Positions 38,075 through 47,719 are shown, numbered from the stretch's first letter. The stretch: 64,000 bases of DNA from Squalus acanthias (GCA_030390025.1 CM059431.1:119476001-119540000); one strand, 5' to 3'. Numbers and translations: made by a program. The notes: a model not told the origin generated them from the letters alone.

Positions 38075-39722
38075 TGTAGAATTCGCAATATATCGCGATT
38101 TTATTAATAAGGAGAAAACACAAAGTTTCGTTCAAACAGCTTTTATTTCAGCAGAATGCTGGCAGGTTTAAAGTGGACACAAGCAGCCTGTAAAATGGCC
38201 GCCGCACCTCGTGACAGAACATTCTAGACTTTTCAACAGGCAGACAAGATGGCGTTCCAATAAACATTTGTGCAAGGTCGATTAAGATTCAGCACAGTGA
38301 AGATAATACACGAGACATTATGGGTTTGCAGTATACACATAGATACTGAAATCGGTCTCCCAGGTACAAAGGAAAGCCATTGTACCGAGTAATCAAGGGC
38401 CCATCCAAAAGACATTAATATGTAAAATCCCAACGACTCTACGATGAGAGAGCCGTTAGCAGGTAGTTATACAGGACACTTGGAAGCCCCAAACCCCTCC
38501 AGGGAGAACATCGACCGATTTAACAATGGGAGAAATATTAACAGGTACTCAGACATTTACGAGTAGCCCCGAAACCCATTAAGAACGGAGATCACCCATA
38601 CAAGACATTTGGGCGCCAAACCCTAAACAAAAGAATGGACATTATAGTTGGGCGGGAAACAGAAGATTTTGCACTATAATTGCAGGCTCCAAACCGTCCA
38701 TTCTCTCTCTTGCTCCTGTGTTTTTATCCGGTCGATTCGTAACCTCGTGGCTGCTCCTGTGTACTCGTAGTTGGGCTTCTGCTTGCCTGTTGCCTCTTCT
38801 GAAAAGACTGTTGAACTTTCTGATCCGTTCGGATCTACCTCGTGTCGCGTAACGAAGACCTATGTTGGTAACTGGCAGCGGAACCGAAGGCCCGAGATGA
38901 GATGAGATGAGATGAGATGAGATGAGAAGAGAGGAAGACCATATCCATCGCCACGGTCAGTAAATCCCGACCGCGCCTGTAGGTCGATTAGCCAAGTTTT
39001 CCTCGCCAGGAAGACTTCTCTTGAACTTGCAAGGAAACATATCGTAGCGACGATATCGATAACTGTGCTCGAAGAGTACCTGTTAAGCCAACCAACACAG
39101 GTCTTTCATCACAGCAGACGGTCCAGCCTGCTAGCCGGAGCAGCAGAAGCAAGTAAACAAGTGGGACCAGGAGATCTCCTGACCGACACGTGGGTGCTGC
39201 GGTGAAAAACATCCGATCAGCTATTCGGAATTTCTCCGAGTTATCACGAGTGGTGAGCATGAGTCTCGAGATCCTACGAATCTAGTTTAGGATAGATATT
39301 GATAGGGGAGGGTTTAAGGATTAAGGATATTTGTAATGTGTGCCCCTATTTACTTTGTGCCGTTCGTTCCTCGTTTCCCTAAGATCGACTATATAACTGT
39401 TTGTAAGATTGTACTGTCATTAATCTGTGCTTATGACATGTATTTCATAATCTTAAGTATCATGCAATAAAGATTTTCCATTTCGTACCATTCAAACCAA
39501 GTCTACATGAGTTTTATCTCCATTACTGCTCTCGCATCTAAGTCCAGTGTCTAGAACCGTAAGGGAGAGTGATTCGAACCACTCACAGGTGTGTCTAGTG
39601 TTCCCAGACTGGCTGGAGACCAGAACAGGCAACAAGGCCTAGACCCGCACTGACATACAGGCTGCACAGAGCCGCGTGAATCTCACAGGCTGCGAGACAC
39701 GCAGGGTCAGGAATCCCTGACA
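38075..39722 (+). repeat. 5' LTR of A2
   Basis: TGTAGAATTC...CCCTGACA. TATA-like TATAAT at ~38675, (GAGAT)n, AATAAA at ~39466. Confidence 0.95.
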
Positions 39723-39726
39723 GAAA

Positions 39727-41538
39727 ATGGCGACCGCGGCAGGACACTGGCAGCGAGAGGGTAGTGTGTTAGATTTTGGAATGACTGTACGAAATGTTAT
39801 GCAGGAAAAGATAGCGGATTATGTGTTTGGAAAGGTTAATCTAACTAAGAAATGGATAAGTGAATTGTTAGCGGATAAGAGCCCACTAGAGGCAGCTGAA
39901 AGGTGGACGGATAGTAAAGAACATAGAAAGACACTTGAGAAAGCAGTCTGGCTTATGTGTTATAAAAGGCAGGTTCAGATTTCAAACCAGACCATTACAG
40001 CGCTAGTAGCTCGAATCAGTCATTTAGAGGGAGAAATGGAGGAGAAGGTTTCTGGAGGGGAGGTGCTCATTAAGAATTTAAATGAGTTACACCAAGAAAG
40101 CCAGGAAGTCTCCAGTCACCTTAAAACAAGGATAGATTATCTCGAGTGCCAGGTCACTGAGGCAAAATTGAATGAGAGCAGGTTAAAGGAAAGATGTAAC
40201 CGCCAAGCTGCCCAGATAAGAACTCAAGAAGAGAGCTTAATGGGGGTTAGGGCGGCATATAAGTTGGCCCTTGAGGATAAGTTTCAGGGAGCCGATCATA
40301 GCGCCTGCCAAAGGGAGATAAAGCACCTCAAAAAGGCCGTGAACAATGCGAACGGCATGGTGTGCCTTATCAATCCGTCGGCGCACCAGCCGCTAGTAAA
40401 TGAGAGATTTAGAAAATCCCCACCAAGTAAAGCAGAAGAAGTAGTAGCCACTGCGCCCTCCGCGCCACCCAGCTATTCAGAAACCTGGGTTAGGGAGGAA
40501 GCAATGGAAGAAACAAAAGAGCCCATTGAAAAGGAAGTAGAAAAGGGATCGTTGTATCCAGTAACGGGTATTAAAAGGGGCCCAAGCAGAAACGGTGGGG
40601 AAGAACCGGGGGATCTCCTCGGACAGCTGGTGTTGCCTCACAGTTCACATCAGCTGAGAGCTATGATAAATCACGTACGGAAGCTGACCGAGGCAGACGA
40701 CCCTTCCGTACATTTCAGAGAAGTTGAGCAAGCCGCAGCCATTAACGGCTGCGATGATGGGGAGACAGCAAAAATGCTGCTGTTCTCATTAGACAGCTCG
40801 GTCCTTCAGTGTCTCTCAGGCGAGAGCAAGAGGGGAACCAAGAGTTATGAGGAATTAAAGAATGAGGTCCTGGAAGTGTTGGGGGCGAACGACGAAGGTC
40901 CGTTTGCTAGAGTGGGACAGACAGTGCAGATGGAGGGAGAACCCCCGAAGGTTTTTGCCGACAGGCTGTGGCCAGTATATGAGCGCAGCTGTCTAGGTGC
41001 GCCCGAGCGCGAAGATGTGGAAGGTTTAGCTTTAACTCATTGGCTTAGGTGCATAATAGCCAACAGTTTACCAGCCGTTAGAGAGCAGGCAAAAGCATGG
41101 TTTGATCCCAATGACCCCAACATTACGGAAGAGTCGGTCTTGAATCGACTCACGTTAGGTTATCGCAATATAAGGGGTATGGCAACACGTCCCCTTAAGG
41201 GAAGAGTACATGAGGTACGACCCGCAGCCCCGTATCAAAGAGAGTGGCATCAGGAGGGTAATCGCGCCCCACAGGCAAGTAATGCTTGTTACGGGTGTGG
41301 GAAGACAGGGCACTGGCGCAAGCATTGCAGGAACCCTTGGAAGGATTCCAAGGATAAAAATCCCGCGGTCCGAGCCCAGGCGCCTGTCCCGGCTAAGGAA
41401 GCCAAGGCACCCACCCCTCCTGACGAACTCGAAGTAGTGTTAGGAGCCATGCGCAAGCTGGTCTTGAATGCGCGTGGACAGGTGGCGGTCGCAACCGGCC
41501 CCGTAGGTGCCGCAGGACCGTCTAATAGTACCCAATGA
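39727..41538 (+). CDS. gag: Gag, 603 aa
   Basis: About 92% identical to A1 Gag (47 differences counted by eye). CCHC knuckle and PSAPPSY present. Confidence 0.9.
   Translation: MATAAGHWQREGSVLDFGMTVRNVMQEKIADYVFGKVNLTKKWISELLADKSPLEAAERWTDSKEHRKTLEKAVWLMCYKRQVQISNQTITALVARISHLEGEMEEKVSGGEVLIKNLNELHQESQEVSSHLKTRIDYLECQVTEAKLNESRLKERCNRQAAQIRTQEESLMGVRAAYKLALEDKFQGADHSACQREIKHLKKAVNNANGMVCLINPSAHQPLVNERFRKSPPSKAEEVVATAPSAPPSYSETWVREEAMEETKEPIEKEVEKGSLYPVTGIKRGPSRNGGEEPGDLLGQLVLPHSSHQLRAMINHVRKLTEADDPSVHFREVEQAAAINGCDDGETAKMLLFSLDSSVLQCLSGESKRGTKSYEELKNEVLEVLGANDEGPFARVGQTVQMEGEPPKVFADRLWPVYERSCLGAPEREDVEGLALTHWLRCIIANSLPAVREQAKAWFDPNDPNITEESVLNRLTLGYRNIRGMATRPLKGRVHEVRPAAPYQREWHQEGNRAPQASNACYGCGKTGHWRKHCRNPWKDSKDKNPAVRAQAPVPAKEAKAPTPPDELEVVLGAMRKLVLNARGQVAVATGPVGAAGPSNSTQ
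39728..39745 (+). promoter_or_regulatory. Primer-binding site of A2
   Basis: TGGCGACCGCGGCAGGAC, identical to A1 and overlapping the first gag ATG. Confidence 0.65.
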
Positions 41539-42687
41539 CTAGAGCCCACGCAGCCTGCCTACCTGTGTCTTTTTAAAAGACACGCACAGGAGGGGGTCTG
41601 CGGTGAGGAGGCCAGGTTAAAAGAGCAGGCCTTGCGGGAGGAGAACGCCCGCTTAATAGGGAAAATAGATGGGCTGGAAGGGCAGCTTAGAGAGCAGACC
41701 CTGCGGGAGGAGAACGCCCGATCAATGGGAAAGTTGGACGTGCTCAGGCTAGAAGAGCAGCTTAGAGAGATAAAAGCAGCCTACAGGGTAGCCAAAAGCC
41801 GGGAGTATGAGGATGTAAACCAATGCAAACTGTACCAGCCAGGTGCGCAGGGGAAAACTACAGGGGTAAATCCCGCCAATGGGAAAGCACAGCCCCAGGT
41901 AGGACCACAAGGCACACAGGCAGGCATAGCAGCTTGCATCAGGGGAAGGGACATCCCGGACGATCATGCAGCGTTTTTCTGGAATTGGGGGTTAGATGAG
42001 GAAGAATTCAGGGTACCCTGGTCAGATGAGGATAGTGCAGATGAGCATAGTGATGATGACGGGTGGTTCCTGAGGAACGGTCTGGAGGGAATGGGGGCTG
42101 TAGGTAGAGATCCACACAGGGTGGACACACAAGCTGCAGGTCCCGAGGACAGGAGGGAGGAGCTAGAGGAGGCAGGGCCAGCCGCTATGGGAGCACAGAG
42201 AGTACCGGTGTGGCTCCCAGCGATGTGGCCACCCACTTTGAACGTCCAGTCCTCAGGGGAGGCAGAGATCACGAGTGAAGGGCCGCCTGCTGGGCTGAGC
42301 AGGGCGGAGCCACGAACTGCCAGCCCCGAGGTTAGGGAGGCGGAGTCAGCGGAGGCGGAGCCGGCGACTGTGATGGAACCCCAGGTCACCCCGATGGAGG
42401 TCTCGGAACCCGGTCCGTCCGTCACGGAACCCCCGCCCATAGCAACTCCCCGTAGGTCAAGTAGAGAACCCCAGCCCAGGAGGATGTGGTCATGTCCCCA
42501 GACTGCCCCAAGGCGTAAATTTAAGGTTAAGATAACCCAGGTACAGACCGGCCACATCGCAGCAGTAACAGGCTGCGGCAGATCAGAGGGAAGGGTCAGC
42601 GCAGCAACAGGCTGCGGCAGATCAGAGGGAAGGGTCAGTGCCCTCCCACCGTCGGGAAGAGCTCGCAGCAGCCTTCTCAGAATTTAA
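41539..42687 (+). CDS. ORF-X, in-frame continuation of gag after TGA
   Basis: CAA TGA CTA GAG... stays open to TAA at 42687. Homologous to A1 ORF-X. Confidence 0.75.
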   Translation, partial: LEPTQPAYLCLFKRHAQEGVCGEEARLKEQALREENARLIGKIDGLEGQLREQTLREENARSMGKLDVLRLEEQLREIKAAYRVAKSREYEDVNQCKLYQPGAQGKTTGVNPANGKAQPQVGPQGTQAGIAACIRGRDIPDDHAAFFWNWGLDEEEFRVPWSDEDSADEHSDDDGWFLRNGLEGMGAVGRDPHRVDTQAAGPEDRREELEEAGPAAMGAQRVPVWLPAMWPPTLNVQSSGEAEITSEGPPAGLSRAEPRTASPEVREAESAEAEPATVMEPQVTPMEVSEPGPSVTEPPPIATPRRSSREPQPRRMWSCPQTAPRRKFKVKITQVQTGHIAAVTGCGRSEGRVSAATGCGRSEGRVSALPPSGRARSSLLRI

Positions 42688-42975
42688 AGGGGCCGCCCTG
42701 AGAACGGGCGGCACTGTAAAGTTATAGTTTTAAGTTTTAAGTTAATAGTTCAAGGTTAAGTTTATAGTTTTTTTAATAAGGTTAAGTTTGTAGTGTTTTT
42801 AACAGAAAACGATAAAATGATGGGAGTTTTAAAGATAGGTTTAGTTGAAGTTTATTCAGCGAACGTTGAAGTTTACGTGAGGCGAGGTCAGGGGACCCGC
42901 TCACCCTTCACAAAAGCCAGAGACTCTTGCGAGGCTGGCTACCTCATTCTATCTGATCACAGGAACCAAGGAAGG

Positions 42976-45327
42976 ATGGAACGAATTCTAGTATTGCTCG
43001 TGGCAATCGGATGTGGATTGGCCTATCGAGGCCGCACCAAGGATGTCGTGGTGTTTGGATGTTCCGGGGACACGGCCCCCATCGCGGTGGATGGGACCGG
43101 AAGACGGGAGGCAGAGGAGACCAGCACCTATTTCCACAAGGGAAGGTGGCCAGGATGGCTGGGAACGAACTCAACGGAGTATTCCAGCACGTCGGGGTTT
43201 GCCTACAAAGAGACTTCTTTACTGTGCCCCAAAGTAAGGATCATCGCACCCAGGATCAGCGTCACCGTCGGCAAACGGATTTGTTTGACTTGTAGTGGGA
43301 AGGTCCCATTGAGCCGATGGTGGTGGCTGCGAAAGCTGAGCAAAACTATGAGAAACTCTTCGGTCGAGTGGGAACGACTGGGTAATAATACCCATCGGAC
43401 AATTACGGGGACAGACGGACAAGTGAAAGTCTGTTGGGACAAATGGTGGGAACCGGATGAGGGAATTTATGTATGTATGTGGGGGTCAAAGTACGTTTGC
43501 CCCAAAGGCATCTCCATATTTTTTATTAATCAATGGCAGGATAACGGACAGGGGATGAGGTGGGATGCGAGCACCAGGGGGTGCGGAGCCCCATTCTCCC
43601 CGATCCCAGTAAATGCCACTGAGCTCATTACGCGCCCACGCAAAGCCCCGCCCACGATTCCGGTGGTTCTAGCTGAGGAAGAAGGGTGCCCTAAAACTAG
43701 TAAGGGACCCGGGAATGGTTTGGTACTGGTCCCCACAGACCAGATACTATTTCAGGGGGTACATTACGCGGTGGCCTCGGTGATTTTAAATCTCACTGAG
43801 GTACGGTTACCAGAGTGGTGCCCCAAAAAGACGGAACAGTTGTACCAGGTCCTGTTGACCAAGATGTTCAGACAATTTTACGAATTCGATTTCGCGGAAA
43901 TTGATAAAACAAGTTTGTACACCGCGCCACAGGAAGTTTTGGATCAAGTAGGGAGGCAAAGAAGGGGTTTGGTGAACGATGCGTTCACTGCTTTTAACAC
44001 AGGTACATCTGTGGTCAACGCTCTAGACAGTGTGGAGCTGCAGACCCAGATTAATGGTTTAAAGACACAATTAAAGGACATTCTAACAGATGAGAATAAA
44101 GTGGTAGGGTCGGGTCTACACGAGGACCAAGCCATGACCCTCCATTTAAAGGAAATTATAGCAGAGTTGGAGAAACATGCAAAGACGGTAAATGCCCTGA
44201 TTAGGGAAGATCGGAATGCATCCGATCAAGCTGCGCAGAACGAGGTGTGCGTGCTTTACGGGGCGTGGTTACTGGGCGAGGGCCGCAGTAATTTGGAGGA
44301 TTTAAAACAAGGTTTGGTTCCGTCCTGGATAAGTAACAAACACCTACGGGCGCTCCACCCTTTTCAGAACGCATTAAGCCCGTGCCAGCTCAGGCTAGCT
44401 TCAGAAGCATACCCAGTCCCCGTGGACTGCGGACGATCAAACCATACTATTATGGGAATAGTATTACGTATGCCGGTTTTGGGCGACACAGCAAAGCCCG
44501 CCCCGGTATATCGGGTAGAGAACATCGGTGTCATTCAGGGGGGAGCCCACATTCGTTATGCAGCGGTTCCACCTTACGTCATCCGCTGGGAGCAAACGAT
44601 GACAGGTACAGATCTCTCTGGTTGTCGTGGCAGGGGAGCACACATAATACTGTGCCCCCAGCACTTGAATGCCTTTTTAACACCACAGTGCGGGTTCAGA
44701 ACGGCTGGCGCCAAGTCCATGAATTGCACCATGGAGGCAATGGCACAAGATCATGTGCCTCCGCAGGTAGCATACATCGGGGGTGGAACATATTGTGTTA
44801 CCACTGCAGCGCAACACTACCAGCATGGAAACCGTAGCCGGTGTCCGGTGAGTGACAGCAGTTTCTGTTTTAAACCCAGGGCGGAAGTTCAAGTAGCACA
44901 ACAGCGAATTATCCCAATCCCTGAACCATCCACTGTTCATCTCACAGTAAAAGAGAATTTCACCGACTTGCAGCGATTCGTCGCGCATTTTGGATACCTC
45001 ATTCCCCCTCTCCCTGAACACCTCACCAAGCTTTTAAAAGCCGTCGCGGTGTCACAGAAACATTTTTATACATTAGAGCAGAAAACTGTCGAAATAGGAA
45101 CAGACATTCTGGTTATAGTAGTTCCACCGTGGTGGAATCTGTTCACTAATATTGAAGTGCCTTCATGGATCAGAATAGCCTCCCACATTTTAGTCGTATG
45201 CCAAGTTTTCATTGTAGTGTACCTATTGGTCGTACATTGTAAAAGAGACAAACGCCTCACCAAGCATGAAAACACGGGAGAGTGGCGAGAACGTTACGTG
45301 CGCGTGCACGATGAAAGCACCGTGTAA
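42976..45327 (+). CDS. env: Envelope glycoprotein, 783 aa (Ig-like + F-type fusion protein)
   Basis: About 98% identical to A1 Env (17 differences counted by eye). The ATG at 42976 follows the acceptor-like CTGATCACAG|G. Confidence 0.9.
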   Translation: MERILVLLVAIGCGLAYRGRTKDVVVFGCSGDTAPIAVDGTGRREAEETSTYFHKGRWPGWLGTNSTEYSSTSGFAYKETSLLCPKVRIIAPRISVTVGKRICLTCSGKVPLSRWWWLRKLSKTMRNSSVEWERLGNNTHRTITGTDGQVKVCWDKWWEPDEGIYVCMWGSKYVCPKGISIFFINQWQDNGQGMRWDASTRGCGAPFSPIPVNATELITRPRKAPPTIPVVLAEEEGCPKTSKGPGNGLVLVPTDQILFQGVHYAVASVILNLTEVRLPEWCPKKTEQLYQVLLTKMFRQFYEFDFAEIDKTSLYTAPQEVLDQVGRQRRGLVNDAFTAFNTGTSVVNALDSVELQTQINGLKTQLKDILTDENKVVGSGLHEDQAMTLHLKEIIAELEKHAKTVNALIREDRNASDQAAQNEVCVLYGAWLLGEGRSNLEDLKQGLVPSWISNKHLRALHPFQNALSPCQLRLASEAYPVPVDCGRSNHTIMGIVLRMPVLGDTAKPAPVYRVENIGVIQGGAHIRYAAVPPYVIRWEQTMTGTDLSGCRGRGAHIILCPQHLNAFLTPQCGFRTAGAKSMNCTMEAMAQDHVPPQVAYIGGGTYCVTTAAQHYQHGNRSRCPVSDSSFCFKPRAEVQVAQQRIIPIPEPSTVHLTVKENFTDLQRFVAHFGYLIPPLPEHLTKLLKAVAVSQKHFYTLEQKTVEIGTDILVIVVPPWWNLFTNIEVPSWIRIASHILVVCQVFIVVYLLVVHCKRDKRLTKHENTGEWRERYVRVHDESTV

Positions 45328-45766
45328 TCGGAAAATGGCGTCACTCCCGCTCGCCGCGTGCGCCGCGGAAGTTTGTACTCATATAAGATTTTCAGAGATT
45401 GTAAATACGTTGGGAACTCGACATGTTTTCAGAGTTGGTGTTGATTTATTTTGGTGATGGTGTTACAGTTAAAAATGATTGTTTGGTTTTGGGTTTTGTT
45501 TCTCCTTTCCCTGAATAAAAGATGAATATACAGGTGATACGAGAGGCATCGGCCTGGTTACGCCGGGAAGGAAAACAAGTGGTGTAAGTTTAAGGGCAAA
45601 TAATGCCTACGGTGATATAAAATGTAATCTTCTTGGGAAATGAGGACGACACAGAGACCCTAGCTAAGTTAAAATTATGGGATTAATTTACTGGATTCGG
45701 AGAGAAATCGAGATAATATTGCTCACCATTATGATTTTTGATACGATAAGCGGAGTTATTCGCATC

Positions 45767-45778
45767 AACAGGAGGGAC
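45767..45778 (+). promoter_or_regulatory. Polypurine tract of A2
   Basis: AACAGGAGGGAC lies directly before the 3' LTR. Confidence 0.8.
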
Positions 45779-47426
45779 TGTAGAATTCGCAATATATCGC
45801 GATTTTATTAATAAGGAGAAAACACAAAGTTTCGTTCAAACAGCTTTTATTTCAGCAGAATGCTGGCAGGTTTAAAGTGGACACAAGCAGCCTGTAAAAT
45901 GGCCGCCGCACCTCGTGACAGAACATTCTAGACTTTTCAACAGGCAGACAAGATGGCGTTCCAATAAACATTTGTGCAAGGTCGATTAAGATTCAGCACA
46001 GTGAAGATAATACACGAGACATTATGGGTTTGCAGTATACACATAGATACTGAAATCGGTCTCCCAGGTACAAAGGAAAGCCATTGTACCGAGTAATCAA
46101 GGGCCCATCCAAAAGACATTAATATGTAAAATCCCAACGACTCTACGATGAGAGAGCCGTTAGCAGGTAGTTATACAGGACACTTGGAAGCCCCAAACCC
46201 CTCCAGGGAGAACACCGACCGATTTAACAATGGGAGAAATATTAACAGGTACTCAGACATTTACGAGTAGCCCCGAAACCCATTAAGAACGGAGATCACC
46301 CATACAAGACATTTGGGCGCCAAACCCTAAACAAAAGAATGGACATTATAGTTGGGCGGGAAACGGAAGATTTTGCACTATAATTGCAGGCTCCAAACCG
46401 TCCATTCTCTCTCTTGCTCCTGTGTTTTTATCCGGTCGATTCGTAACCTCGTGGCTGCTCCTGTGTACTCGTAGTTGGGCTTCTGCTTGCCTGTTGCCTC
46501 TTCTGAAAAGACTGTTGAACTTTCTGATCCGTTCGGATCTACCTCGTGTCGCGTAACGAAGACCTATGTTGGTAACTGGCAGCGGAACCGAAGGCCCGAG
46601 ATGAGATGAGATGAGATGAGATGAGATGAGAAGAGAGGAAGACCATATCCATCGCCACGGTCAGTAAATCCCGACCGCGCCTGTAGGTCGATTAGCCAAG
46701 TTTTCCTCGCCAGGAAGACTTCTCTTGAACTTGCAAGGAAACATATCGTAGCGACGATATCGATAACTGTGCTCGAAGAGTACCTGTTAAGCCAACCAAC
46801 ACAGGTCTTTCATCACAGCAGACGGTCCAGCCTGCTAGCCGGAGCAGCAGAAGCAAGTAAACAAGTGGGACCAGGAGATCTCCTGACCGACACGTGGGTG
46901 CTGCGGTGAAAAACATCCGATCAGCTATTCGGAATTTCTCCGAGTTATCACGAGTGGTGAGCATGAGTCTCGAGATCCTACGAATCTAGTTTAGGATAGA
47001 TATTGATAGGGGAGGGTTTAAGGATTAAGGATATTTGTAATGTGTGCCCCTATTTACTTTGTGCCGTTCGTTCCTCGTTTCCCTAAGATCGACTATATAA
47101 CTGCTTGTAAGATTGTACTGTCATTAATCTGTGCTTATGACATGTATTTCATAATCTTAAGTATCATGCAATAAAGATTTTCCATTTCGTACCATTCAAA
47201 CCAAGTCTACATGAGTTTTATCTCCATTACTGCTCTCGCATCTAAGTCCAGTGTCTAGAACCGTAAGGGAGAGTGATTCGAACCACTCACAGGTGTGTCT
47301 AGTGTTCCCAGACTGGCTGGAGACCAGAACAGGCAACAAGGCCTAGACCCGCACTGACATACAGGCTGCACAGAGCCGCGTGAATCTCACAGGCTGCGAG
47401 ACACGCAGGGTCAGGAATCCCTTACA
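45779..47426 (+). repeat. 3' LTR of A2
   Basis: Repeat of 38075-39722 at offset 7704, with at least 4 substitutions seen. Confidence 0.95.
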
Positions 47427-47719
47427 GTGACTTCCCCCTAATTGGCCTGCTGAGCCCGCAGGGCGGGCTTAACAAGGTCAATCAGGGGAGAGTTCCGCTG
47501 GTTGGCCAGAGGCTGATGGAGGCGGGACATAGACCCGGCAAGCAGCAGTCCCGCCTCCATCACGTCTCCATTGAGAAAATCCAGCCCTTTCTTTCAAAGA
47601 CAGACTTTCAGACAAAAGGATTACTGTAACTTCTTAAAATTCATAGTCAGGAAAACTTCCACACTTTAATAGACACTTTCACACAAACTGAAATTCCAGC
47701 ATCCTTTAAGTTTCCTTTC

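Larger units (their letters stand above)
38075..47426 (+). mobile_element. Full-length pol-less LTR element, family A copy 2
   Basis: 1648-bp LTRs, perfect 4-bp TSD GTGA, PBS, PPT and intact gag, ORF-X and env. Confidence 0.96.
37387..47587. mobile_element. Harbinger-type MITE interrupted by element A2
   Basis: TIRs GGGCTGGATTTT (37387) / AAAATCCAGCCC (47587). Confidence 0.75.

Noticed and set aside
42793..42975. 61-aa N-terminal extension of A2 env in the ORF track (844 aa)
   Set aside because: It starts at GTG, is not called in A1, and precedes the signal peptide and a splice-acceptor-like site. ATG 42976 is the better start.
7753..47426. A1 and A2 as an inverted segmental duplication or assembly artefact
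   Set aside because: Different TSDs and flanks, ~8% Gag divergence, and each LTR is closer to its own partner than to the other element.
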